A DNA stretch of 64,000 nucleotides from contig JAGVNG010000017.1 of assembly GCA_020053375.1 (NCBI GenBank), positions 26,780 through 90,779 on the forward strand, in the 5' to 3' direction. A program made the position numbers and the translations under genes. This DNA comes from Nanobdellota archaeon (GTDB lineage: Archaea; Nanobdellota; Nanobdellia; Pacearchaeales; GW2011-AR1). Shown in pieces: positions 10,311 through 19,459 of the stretch. The notes under the pieces are model-generated. The model was given only the letters and a program-made list of their open reading frames with translations, did not search any database and had not been told where the DNA came from. The first letter of the stretch is position 1; the number at the start of each line of letters is the position of its first letter.

Positions 10311-13300
10311 ATGAGAACAAAACCAATAAGAAAAAAAATAGGAGAAATAGGATTTGCATTGTTCAATCCGGAGCAAATCAAGAGAATTTCGGTAGCTAAG
10401 ATAGTAACTCCTGAGCTTTATGATATAGACGGATATCCTGTAGACGGAGGACTTATGGACTTAAGGCTTGGAGCAATAGACCCTGGAGTAAGATGCAGAA
10501 CATGCGGAGGAAGGCTGAAGGAGTGCCTCGGACATCTTGGAAGCATTGATTTAGCAAGGGCAGTCATGCATATAAAATATATCCCCTTAATGGAGCTTGG
10601 ATTGAGATGCTTCTGCTATGAATGCAAGAAATTATTGGTTGATGACAAAGACCTTTACAAATTGCCTGCAAGCCAGAGAGCAAAGAAAGCAAAGGATGCA
10701 AAGAAATGCCCTCACTGCGGCTCACCGCATGAAAAAATCAAGCTCGACAAGCCAACCAACTTTTACAGAGGAAAGACAAGAATATTCCCAACTGAAATAA
10801 GGGAAATGCTGGCCGCAATATCCGACGAGGAACTGGTGAAAGTAGGAGTCAATCCAAAGACTGCAAGACCAGAATGGGCTGTGCTTACAGTTTTCCTTGT
10901 TCCACCAGTCACAATAAGACCAAGCATCATACTTGAAACAGGAGAGAGAAGCGAGGACGATTTGACGCACAAACTTTCTGATATAATTAGAGCAAACCAA
11001 AGACTATGGGAAAATCTTAACGCAGGTGCTCCTGAAGTTATAATAGAAGACTTGTGGGATCTTCTTCAATTCCACATCACAACATTCTTTGACAACACCG
11101 TTGCAAGAATTCCTCCTGCAAGGCACAGAAGCGGACAGCCTCTGAAAACAATAACGGAGAGAATAAAAGGAAAGGAAGGAAGAATAAGAAAGAATCTTGC
11201 CGGAAAGAGAGTCAATTATTCAGGAAGAACGGTTGTTTCTCCCGACCCATCAATAGACATAAATGAAGTTGGAATACCTTTTGAAATAGCTAGAGTAGTA
11301 ACAGTCGCTGAAACCGTAAATGATCTTAACATAGAACATCTGAAAAAAATTGTTGAAAAAGGCGGAGAGTATCCCGGAGCGAATTATGTAATAAGGCCTG
11401 ATGGAAAAAGAAAAAAGATAACACCTGAGTTGAAAGAAGAGATAATAAATGAGATAGTTCCAGGCTACATAATCGAAAGGCATCTTCAGAACGGCGACAT
11501 TGTCCTGTTCAACAGACATCCAAGCCTTCACAGGGGAAGCCTGATGGCTCATTATGTAAAGGTGCTTCCTGGAAGGACGTTCAGGCTGCATCCTGCCGTT
11601 GCGTTCCCTTATAATGCCGACTTCGATGGAGACGAGATGAATATACACTCTCCACAGACAGAAGAAGCAAAGGCGGAAACAAGAGTTCTTCTTGATGTAA
11701 AGAGAAATCTCATTTCTCCAAAAAACAATACCAATCTTATAGGTTGTGTGACAGACTCCATAACTGGAAATTATCTGCTGGGACTTGGTGAGTTTTCAAA
11801 AGAATATGCAAATCAATTGTTATATAGAACAGGAATAGATTACCAATTTTCAAAAAAGATGGTGCTTGGTACAGAAATATTTTCAAAGATACTTCCAAAG
11901 ATAGACTTTTCAAATGATGTGATAAAGATAAAGGATGGGGAAGTCATAAGGGGAATAATTGACAAGACAACTTTTGGAGTTGAGGATGGGGAACTTGTAA
12001 AAGAAATAGATAGGGTAAAGGGGAGAAATGTGGCATTTGAAAGCATTCAGAAGGCATTTAATCTTGGAAAAAACTTCTTGACTGACAAAGGAATATCTCT
12101 TTCTCTGAATGATTTGGATTTGGAAGACAATATAATAAAGATGGCCGACGAAATAATAGAAAAGGCGGAAAAGAGAACAGTTGAAATAATAGGGGAATAC
12201 AATAAAAGAACTCTTGAAATAATTCCTGGGAAGACATTGGAGCAGTCACGAGAAATAAGAATCCTTAAGGTTCTGAACGAGATAAGAACAAAGATAGGAG
12301 AAATAGTCAAGAAAGAATTTCCAAAGGATAATCCAGTTACACATATGATTAACTCTGGGGGCGGAGGAAACATATTGAACATAACACAAATGGCATGCTG
12401 TGTCGGACAGCAGGACCTTGAGGGAAAGAGAATAGACATTGGATATTCAAACAGGACATTGTCATTTTTCAAAAAAGGAGATTTGTCGCCAAGGTCAAAG
12501 GGATTCATAAGAACTCCTTACATAAGGGGATTGAAGCCTGATGAATTTTTCTTCGGTGCAATGACAGGAAGAGCGACGCTGATGGATACTGCGTTAAGAA
12601 CTCCTAAATCCGGTTATCTTTATAGAAGACTTGCAAATGCATTGCAGGACTTGCGAGTTGAATACGGTGGAACAGTAAGGGACAGCAACAACAACATAAT
12701 CCAGTTCAAGTACGGAGATGACGGAAAGGACGTAATAAAGAAGCATACTGACGGAGACATAGAACCTGGAGAGGCAATAGGGATAGTAACCGCACAATCA
12801 TTCGGAGAACCTTCAACGCAAATGGTATTGAGAACATTCCACTTCGCTGGAGTTACCGAGATGCAGGTTACACAGGGACTTCCAAGGCTTATAGAAATAT
12901 TTGACACAAGAAAGAAGCCAACCTCGCCAAAGATGGAGATATACTTCAAGAAGGAATTCAACAATGAAAAGGATGCAAGGACTTTTGCAGAAAAAATAAA
13001 AGAAGTCAACATAGAAGAAATTGCATCAGAAATAAATCTTAATTTCAGCGACAAGAAAATAGAAATAACTCTTGACAAGGAAGCATTAAGACACACGCAT
13101 ACTTCTGTCAAGAAAGTTGCTGAAAGATTGAACAAAATAGGATTTAAGGTCAAGGAAAAAGAAGATGGAATAACTCTGAATGCAGGAGACATGAACTTCA
13201 AGGAAATCTACAAGCTGAAGGAGAAGCTGAAAAAGACAATGATATCCGGGGTGAAGGATGTCAAACAGGTCATAATAGTAAAGAGAGACGCCAATTTTGT

Positions 13301-13802
13301 CATAATTACCCTTGGTTCAAATCTTGAGAAGATTCTTGAATTCAAAGAGATAAATCCCGAGAAATTAATTTCAAATGACCTTTATGAAATGCAAGAAGTT
13401 TTCGGAATAGAAGCTGCAAGGCAGCTGATAATAAATGAGATATATGAAGTATTGAATACCCAGGGACTTGACATAGACATGAGGCACCTTAAACTAGTTG
13501 CGGATGCCATGACAAACACTGGAGGCGTCAAGGGAGTTACCAGAATGGGAATAATTGCGCAGAAGTCATCCATACTTGCAAGAGCAACATTCGAGACACC
13601 TGTAAAACAGTTTGTGAATGCAACTGTGAAGGGAAGCAGAGATAAATTGACAAGCGTCATAGAAAATATAATTCTTAATCAGCCTGTGCCAATAGGAACT
13701 GGGCTTCCAGGGCTTCTTGTGAAGGTTATAGGTTCTTTGACAAAGGATGAATCGGAGAAAAAGGAAGCCAAGAAGAAGGTAGTAGAAGCTGTGGCGGATT
13801 AA
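10311..13802 (+). CDS. rpoA: DNA-directed RNA polymerase subunit A, A'/A'' fused in one 1163-aa polypeptide
   Basis: Zinc-binding N-terminus, NADFDGDEMN catalytic motif near aa 440, and the A''-type GEPSTQMVLRTFHFAGV block near aa 830, all in one ORF. Confidence 0.9.
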   Translation: MRTKPIRKKIGEIGFALFNPEQIKRISVAKIVTPELYDIDGYPVDGGLMDLRLGAIDPGVRCRTCGGRLKECLGHLGSIDLARAVMHIKYIPLMELGLRCFCYECKKLLVDDKDLYKLPASQRAKKAKDAKKCPHCGSPHEKIKLDKPTNFYRGKTRIFPTEIREMLAAISDEELVKVGVNPKTARPEWAVLTVFLVPPVTIRPSIILETGERSEDDLTHKLSDIIRANQRLWENLNAGAPEVIIEDLWDLLQFHITTFFDNTVARIPPARHRSGQPLKTITERIKGKEGRIRKNLAGKRVNYSGRTVVSPDPSIDINEVGIPFEIARVVTVAETVNDLNIEHLKKIVEKGGEYPGANYVIRPDGKRKKITPELKEEIINEIVPGYIIERHLQNGDIVLFNRHPSLHRGSLMAHYVKVLPGRTFRLHPAVAFPYNADFDGDEMNIHSPQTEEAKAETRVLLDVKRNLISPKNNTNLIGCVTDSITGNYLLGLGEFSKEYANQLLYRTGIDYQFSKKMVLGTEIFSKILPKIDFSNDVIKIKDGEVIRGIIDKTTFGVEDGELVKEIDRVKGRNVAFESIQKAFNLGKNFLTDKGISLSLNDLDLEDNIIKMADEIIEKAEKRTVEIIGEYNKRTLEIIPGKTLEQSREIRILKVLNEIRTKIGEIVKKEFPKDNPVTHMINSGGGGNILNITQMACCVGQQDLEGKRIDIGYSNRTLSFFKKGDLSPRSKGFIRTPYIRGLKPDEFFFGAMTGRATLMDTALRTPKSGYLYRRLANALQDLRVEYGGTVRDSNNNIIQFKYGDDGKDVIKKHTDGDIEPGEAIGIVTAQSFGEPSTQMVLRTFHFAGVTEMQVTQGLPRLIEIFDTRKKPTSPKMEIYFKKEFNNEKDARTFAEKIKEVNIEEIASEINLNFSDKKIEITLDKEALRHTHTSVKKVAERLNKIGFKVKEKEDGITLNAGDMNFKEIYKLKEKLKKTMISGVKDVKQVIIVKRDANFVIITLGSNLEKILEFKEINPEKLISNDLYEMQEVFGIEAARQLIINEIYEVLNTQGLDIDMRHLKLVADAMTNTGGVKGVTRMGIIAQKSSILARATFETPVKQFVNATVKGSRDKLTSVIENIILNQPVPIGTGLPGLLVKVIGSLTKDESEKKEAKKKVVEAVAD

Positions 13803-13933
13803 AGAGAGGAATTGATAATTTAATTAAAAAGAAGTGACGATAAATATAAATAGGAGTATTACTTATGATTATTGTTGGCTTTGGTTGGGTGGCAATCGGT
13901 CACTCACTGAGGAAACCCAACTTCCCAACGCTA

Positions 13934-14671
13934 TTATTTCTTTGAATAAAAATAAATTGATTGAACCTCTTTTTTGTTATTTTGAGTCAAAACCCGATGT
14001 TCTTTTGATAAAATTATCTTCCATCCCGTATCTAAAGTTTCTTTTGCCCATTGTACAGATTTTTGCCCACGATTTGCCTTAACCCAATATGAACAAGTAC
14101 AAATAATTAAATCAGATATTTGAAGCATTTCAGATTGAGACATTTCAATATTTATTATTTTTTCAATTAAATTATTATTTGTAACATATTCTGTTCCTTT
14201 TTCATAAAATGTTTTAAACCAACTAGATACTTCTCCCCAGTTATTCATAGTATCAGAAAAGAGAATTCCAAGTTCTTTCTTATTATTCTGTCTTGAAATA
14301 TCTTCTGTGTTTAAGCAAATTCTTTCAAATAAACATTCATAAGCAAATTGAATTTTATTTCTAATTTTTGGAGAATCATCTTTATCAACTTTGCATATGC
14401 AAATTCTTATTGGTTGGGTTTCAATAAATTTGTAAAAGTCATTTAAGAATTCTTTTCTTTTTTCTATTGAAACATTTGAAAACCATCTTTTTCCCTGCAT
14501 AATCATCTTCATATCAATTTTTCTTGTTGAAGTTTCAAAGTGTTTATTTAATATATTTTTAAATTCTTTAATCATATTTTCATAGTTTCCATCATGAATA
14601 GAATAACTACCAACTACTAAATCTCTTTCTTCTTTTGTTATTCCACTTTCATCAATATACCATAAAATCAT
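13934..14671 (-). CDS. DUF3800-like protein
   Basis: N-terminal MILWYIDESG characteristic of DUF3800 family members; 245 aa; opposite strand inside the otherwise co-directional RNAP/ribosomal cluster. Confidence 0.45.
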   Translation of the reverse strand: MILWYIDESGITKEERDLVVGSYSIHDGNYENMIKEFKNILNKHFETSTRKIDMKMIMQGKRWFSNVSIEKRKEFLNDFYKFIETQPIRICICKVDKDDSPKIRNKIQFAYECLFERICLNTEDISRQNNKKELGILFSDTMNNWGEVSSWFKTFYEKGTEYVTNNNLIEKIINIEMSQSEMLQISDLIICTCSYWVKANRGQKSVQWAKETLDTGWKIILSKEHRVLTQNNKKEVQSIYFYSKK

Positions 14672-14733
14672 AACTAAGTAAAGATGAATTAATATATAAA
14701 TTATTATAATTTACAATAGTTTAAATTAACTAA

Positions 14734-14743
14734 CATTTATAAA
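14734..14743 (+). promoter_or_regulatory. TATA-box-like element upstream of nusA
   Basis: tttataaaat ~33 nt upstream of the ATG. Confidence 0.2.
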
Positions 14744-14775
14744 ATAAATATTCATAGGAATTTTACGGCAATAAC

Positions 14776-15192
14776 ATGACAAGCACAATAAATATGCAGG
14801 ATATTAGATATCTGAACCTGTTTGAAAAAATGACACGTGTTCAGACAAGATACTGCTTCAAATACAACGAGTTTATTATTTTCTGTGTTCCAAAGCATCT
14901 TGTCAGCGCTGCAATCGGCGAGCAGGGGATGAATATCAAAAGAATGAGCGAGATATTGAGAAGAAGAATAAAAGTCATTCCAACCCCAGACGGCGTCGCG
15001 CATCTCAGGCAATTCATAGAGGCAATAATCAGCCCATTAAGATTTAAGGACCTGAGCGTAAATGACAACGAGATAATTCTCACGGCAGGGAGCCAGAGCA
15101 AGGCCGCGTTGATTGGAAGAAACAAGAGAAGGCTTCTTGAAATGCAAAAGATAATGAAGGATTATTTCAACAGAGATTTCAGGATAATTTAA
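14776..15192 (+). CDS. nusA: Archaeal NusA-like transcription termination factor (KH domains)
   Basis: 138 aa with KH-like ...AAIGEQGMNIKRM... motif; conserved position after rpoA. Confidence 0.75.
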   Translation: MTSTINMQDIRYLNLFEKMTRVQTRYCFKYNEFIIFCVPKHLVSAAIGEQGMNIKRMSEILRRRIKVIPTPDGVAHLRQFIEAIISPLRFKDLSVNDNEIILTAGSQSKAALIGRNKRRLLEMQKIMKDYFNRDFRII

Positions 15193-15232
15193 TCACATAT
15201 AATTTTTTATACTCCTTCTAATAATAGTTTTA

Positions 15233-15685
15233 ATGCCCAAAACATTAGACGATTTTTATTTTAACACTTTAAGAAATAAATTTCAAGAAAGAAAAAGAGA
15301 AATATCATCATCTTACAGAAGGAGAAAAAAAGCTGAAACATTAATATGGAACGGTTTTGAAAATGAAACTAATAGACTTTTGGCTGTTTTTCACTCGGCT
15401 TTTCAAGATTTAACAACAAAATTATTTGAAGCTGGTGATGATGTGTATATAGAAAAATTTACAGAAACATATAATCCTAAAACTGGCAAAATAAGTGTAG
15501 ATATAACTAATGTTAGATACAAAGGAAAAATTTATCCGATAAACGGAAATAAATGGGAGGGGTATTGCCCTCATAAATTATTGGAATCGTTTATATTTGA
15601 AAAAGATAAGAGAGTAAGAAAATTCAAAAAGGACTTTTTTGTGGAAACCATTAATGAGCCTAAGAATGAATGTAAACATCTATAA
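15233..15685 (+). CDS. Hypothetical protein between nusA and rps12 (not L30e)
   Basis: 150 aa ORF; no similarity to L30e, which usually occupies this position. Confidence 0.45.
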   Translation: MPKTLDDFYFNTLRNKFQERKREISSSYRRRKKAETLIWNGFENETNRLLAVFHSAFQDLTTKLFEAGDDVYIEKFTETYNPKTGKISVDITNVRYKGKIYPINGNKWEGYCPHKLLESFIFEKDKRVRKFKKDFFVETINEPKNECKHL

Positions 15686-15791
15686 ATTCCCTCTAAAAAC
15701 CTTTATAGACAAAAAATCAGGAAGTATTTTTAGCTATAAATTTCTTACAAGAAACTTTATAAACCGATTTCTCAATTAATAATATTATACG

Positions 15792-16214
15792 ATGGGATTA
15801 CGAAACGCAGCAAAATTGATGAAAGTGAGGAGAAAATTCAGATGGAAAGACAAGAGTTACAAAGTGAAAACTCTCGGACTTTATGCAAAATCAGACCCGC
15901 TTGAGGGAGCAAATCAGGCCAAGGGAATAGTTCTGCAAAAAGTTCAGAAGGAAGCAAGACAGCCAAACTCTGGAATGAGGAAATGCTGCAAGGTTCAGCT
16001 CACAAAAAACGGAAAAACAGTAACTGCATTCATTCCCGGAAATCTTGCGCAGAAATTCATAGATGAGCACGATGAAGTTTTAATAGAGAGAATTGGCGGA
16101 AGACAGGGAAGAATAAAGGGAGACATTCCTGGAATCAGATTCCAAGTTATTCAAGTAAATGACCAGCCCCTAAGAAGATTGTGGAAGGGCTGGATAGAGA
16201 AGGGTAGAAGATGA
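15792..16214 (+). CDS. rps12: 30S ribosomal protein S12 (uS12)
   Basis: [20 protein letters not shown] block diagnostic of uS12. Confidence 0.9.
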   Translation: MGLRNAAKLMKVRRKFRWKDKSYKVKTLGLYAKSDPLEGANQAKGIVLQKVQKEARQPNSGMRKCCKVQLTKNGKTVTAFIPGNLAQKFIDEHDEVLIERIGGRQGRIKGDIPGIRFQVIQVNDQPLRRLWKGWIEKGRR

Positions 16215-16277
16215 TAATTGTAAATAATTGTTCCTGCGATGGTCTGACGCAGACACATCGGAAGGGTAGAAGATAAA

Positions 16278-16517
16278 ATGGTCGACACTTTAGATGCTGT
16301 GCTTGATGAAGAAAATGTAGATGTCGCAATCCACTTTAAGACTAAGGACGAAAGATATTCTAAACTGCTGAGTTGGGAGGAGATTGAACCTATTAAGAAA
16401 ATTTATGAGATAGTTGAGGTTGATGACAGCAAAGGGTATAGAATAACTGATTTTTTAACAAAGACGGGAAAAATAACTTACGAGGAAAGATACAGACTAA
16501 ATGGAGAGGCAATATAA
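16278..16517 (+). CDS. Hypothetical 79-aa protein
   Basis: ORF between rps12 and rps7, preceded by a 14-nt copy of the rps12 3' end. Confidence 0.4.
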   Translation: MVDTLDAVLDEENVDVAIHFKTKDERYSKLLSWEEIEPIKKIYEIVEVDDSKGYRITDFLTKTGKITYEERYRLNGEAI

Positions 16518-16878
16518 AATGGAAAAAGATATACCAGAAATTATTATAGAACCAGAAGGTTTGTTAGAGAAAAATTTACATGGCACTTTTGTTTTGATTC
16601 AAGGTCAAGATGAAAAATATCATATCTATATGGGAGTTTTAGGAATAAAACATTCAGATTTATATAAAGACTTTTTACTTGTTACTAATTTACAAAATAA
16701 AATAGAACAGTATAAACCTATTGGTGGGGGATTAATAAATTATTTTACAGAAGAACTTTTCGGAAAAAATGAAATTGAAGTAGAAGGTTTTAGTAGAATG
16801 TATGGTAAATTTAATTCAGAAATTACAAAGAAGTTGTTAGAAAATAAATTTAAAGGATTTAAAGTTGTTATAAGATAA
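16501..16878 (+). CDS. Hypothetical 125-aa protein
   Basis: ORF overlapping the previous one by 17 nt; ends 5 nt before rps7. Confidence 0.45.
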   Translation: MERQYKMEKDIPEIIIEPEGLLEKNLHGTFVLIQGQDEKYHIYMGVLGIKHSDLYKDFLLVTNLQNKIEQYKPIGGGLINYFTEELFGKNEIEVEGFSRMYGKFNSEITKKLLENKFKGFKVVIR

Positions 16879-16883
16879 AGAAA

Positions 16884-17501
16884 ATGACAGACGAAGATAA
16901 AAAACCAATGGAATTCAAGATATTTGACATGTATGATGTAAGCGAGATTAAGATAGAGGACCCTGGACTAAGAGCGGTCATAAACTTACAGCCAAAGCTC
17001 ATTTTAAAAAGCCAGGGAAGAAATGTAGTGAAGCATGGGCAGACAAAAGTCAATATTGTTGAAAGGCTTATGAATAGGCTCGGAGTTGCAGGACACAGGG
17101 GAAAGAAGCATAAGATAATAATGGGAAGAAGCACGGGAAAATATTCAAAAAATATGGGAATAATTCTTGAAGCGCTAAAAATTGTCGAGGAAAAAACAAA
17201 GAAGAATCCAATAGCCGTTCTTGTCAAAGCAATAGAAAATTCAGCCCCAAGGGATGAAATTACTGTTATAGAGTATGGTGGAGCAAGATATCCTCAGGCA
17301 GTTGATGTTTCTCCAATAAGAAGGGTTAATCTTGCGCTAAGAAACCTTGTTCACGGGGCTGGTGATAGAGCATTCGGAAAAAAGAAGACAATTGTTCAGG
17401 GGCTTTCGGAAGAAATAATTCTTGCCTTCGAGGGAAACGGGGAAAGCTTGGCAATAAAGAAGAGAAATGAAGCAGAGAAACAAGCAGACTCAGCACGATA
17501 A
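16884..17501 (+). CDS. rps7: 30S ribosomal protein S7 (uS7)
   Basis: NPIAVLVKAIENSAPRDEITVIEYGGARYPQAVDVSPIRRVNLALRNL matches the uS7 signature region. Confidence 0.9.
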   Translation: MTDEDKKPMEFKIFDMYDVSEIKIEDPGLRAVINLQPKLILKSQGRNVVKHGQTKVNIVERLMNRLGVAGHRGKKHKIIMGRSTGKYSKNMGIILEALKIVEEKTKKNPIAVLVKAIENSAPRDEITVIEYGGARYPQAVDVSPIRRVNLALRNLVHGAGDRAFGKKKTIVQGLSEEIILAFEGNGESLAIKKRNEAEKQADSAR

Positions 17502-17518
17502 TTAAATTAATTTTATAA

Positions 17519-17764
17519 TTAAGAATACTCTTCTATTTCTTTCCTTATATCATTCAATTTTCTTGGATTCAAGCTAATATGGATTTCTCCCGTGCTCATT
17601 TTTGAAATTAAATAGCCTTCTTTAATCAAATTTTTTATCTCTTCTTTAACCTCTTTTAGAAGTTGAGGAGGAAAACTTTTCATAGCATTTCTGATTTCAG
17701 TATGCCTTCCGCCAATATATCTATGCCTGAAAAGTTTCTTTAGAATAGCTTTCCTGATAGACAT
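17519..17764 (-). CDS. Hypothetical small protein, possible winged-helix
   Basis: 81-aa ORF, basic N-terminus. Confidence 0.35.
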   Translation of the reverse strand: MSIRKAILKKLFRHRYIGGRHTEIRNAMKSFPPQLLKEVKEEIKNLIKEGYLISKMSTGEIHISLNPRKLNDIRKEIEEYS

Positions 17765-17878
17765 AGATGCTCATATAATCATAATTTTTTATAACTTGCT
17801 ATCTCAGACTTATTTCACCAAAGGTAATTTAAAATCCAAAATAGTAAAATATTTAAACAGTTAAAAATTATATAATAG

Positions 17879-18223
17879 ATGGAAAAATCATCCTTTACAT
17901 TGGTGTTTGGAGAGTCACCCTTCGTGAAAGTATTGGATTTTTTTCTTACATTTGAAGATTTTGATTACCCACTTTCATTCATAGCTAAGGAAACCGAAAC
18001 AAAATGGGAAACAGTCGGAAAGGTAGTTGAATTGCTCATTAAAAGGGGACTTATAAAAAAAACACGAAAATTGGGAAAGTCCTGGCTTTATGGACTTAAT
18101 AAAGAAAGCATGTTGACAAAATTATTAATAGATATAGACATAAAAGTTTCTGATTTTTACATAAACGAAGAACTTAAAAGACAAAAGATTGGCTTTGTTA
18201 AGCAAGCCAACAACATGCGTTAA
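17879..18223 (+). CDS. Winged-helix DNA-binding protein
   Basis: ...ETKWETVGKVVELLIKRGLIKKTRKLGKSWLYGL... recognition-helix/wing pattern. Confidence 0.45.
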   Translation: MEKSSFTLVFGESPFVKVLDFFLTFEDFDYPLSFIAKETETKWETVGKVVELLIKRGLIKKTRKLGKSWLYGLNKESMLTKLLIDIDIKVSDFYINEELKRQKIGFVKQANNMR

Positions 18224-18234
18224 TTATTTTTGTC

Positions 18235-18462
18235 TTATTTAGAATGATGCACAAATGATTCTTCAGGGATGTCTGGCAAATTCAATAGTTTGGAAATACA
18301 TTCTAAGCTGGTCTTTGATTCACCATGAAGAGCGATTTCATCCACATTCGCCTTATCCTTAGGGATAGCTATTCTATTTGTTTTAACAAAAACTCCGTTA
18401 ATTAAATAATCTACACTTTTTTCACCCATCCCAACTGCATTCTCACCATAATTTTTAAGCAA
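18235..18462 (-). CDS. Small protein with possible AbrB/MazE-type swapped-hairpin motif
   Basis: GVFVKTNRIAIPKDKANVDEIALHGE resembles the AbrB-type ...tIPke...gd.v motif; no adjacent toxin gene. Confidence 0.3.
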   Translation of the reverse strand: MLKNYGENAVGMGEKSVDYLINGVFVKTNRIAIPKDKANVDEIALHGESKTSLECISKLLNLPDIPEESFVHHSK

Positions 18463-18567
18463 ATAATTAGCAACATTAGGTATTATCCCTATAAACTACT
18501 GAAAAAATTCCCCTACCTAAATTTGTTTTTTCCATAACCTACTCTTAATGATACTTTATTTAAGGAT

Positions 18568-18915
18568 TTGTATGATCCAACATTTATCTCTTGTTTATTT
18601 CTGAAAACTCAACCAACAGCTTTAAAAACATTTTTTCTATCGCATTTTATGCGCAACAATAACAAATTTCCAATAAAAACCATGATAGCTGGCTTGGCTT
18701 GTGAAGCAGCTACAATATATTTTGATATTGGGAACAGAGAATGGTTTAAGGCAATTAGGCCAGACATCTGGCTGACTCATCCATTGTATGGATATTTCCT
18801 ATCTTCATTAGGAAGATATGGTGCTGAAAAATTTAATTTGTTAAAGAATAAAAAAGACTTGGTTTCAAGGATTGTTGGAGGAACAGGGATAATCCTTAAG
18901 GAAGGGGGGATATAA
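18568..18915 (+). CDS. Hypothetical protein
   Basis: 115-aa ORF. Confidence 0.35.
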   Translation: MYDPTFISCLFLKTQPTALKTFFLSHFMRNNNKFPIKTMIAGLACEAATIYFDIGNREWFKAIRPDIWLTHPLYGYFLSSLGRYGAEKFNLLKNKKDLVSRIVGGTGIILKEGGI

Positions 18916-18969
18916 TTAAATGCGCTAACTTTAACGCGTTTGACCCAGAAGACATGATAGGGGGAGCAT

Positions 18970-19326
18970 TTGGAATTCTTCTTGAAAATTATCAGGAGCT
19001 TAGGAAAAAATCAGACATTAGTCGATAAAAAGGTTTTTAATGAGAATTGTATTAAACCTTTTATGAAAAGAATATTTAAGAGCAAACTTCTCTCAACATT
19101 TATATTTTCACTTATAGCTTCCGTATTGCTTATAATTCACGGACTTTTTTTTGATTTGGACTTATCCCAAATACAAAGGCTTACAATAGAGGGATTTATA
19201 GTAACTTTTGTCCTAACCTTCACTGCATTAGTCATTTTTGAAAGAATATTTAGCCTTGAAGAACATGAGGAAATAATAAAGATAAAGACAAGATTAGGCA
19301 AATTAGAAGGGAAAAGACACAGGTAA
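18970..19326 (+). CDS. Hypothetical membrane protein
   Basis: Two predicted hydrophobic helices. Confidence 0.4.
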   Translation: MEFFLKIIRSLGKNQTLVDKKVFNENCIKPFMKRIFKSKLLSTFIFSLIASVLLIIHGLFFDLDLSQIQRLTIEGFIVTFVLTFTALVIFERIFSLEEHEEIIKIKTRLGKLEGKRHR

Positions 19327-19459
19327 AACTTTAAAAATAAACTTTTTCTTCATTTATGATGACTGGCTGGAACTAAAGATTCTGCTAAGTCATTTTAATA
19401 AATTAAAATGGCAGACAAAGAAAACAGGAAATTTTCAAGTTTCCAATAAAACACTGAAA

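Noticed and set aside
12047-13201. Several minus-strand ORFs (153, 193 aa) inside rpoA
   Set aside because: Antisense shadow ORFs within a strongly supported conserved gene.
13834-14082. 82-aa plus-strand ORF
   Set aside because: Overlaps the 3' end of the DUF3800-like gene and the GC-rich palindrome. No coding signal.
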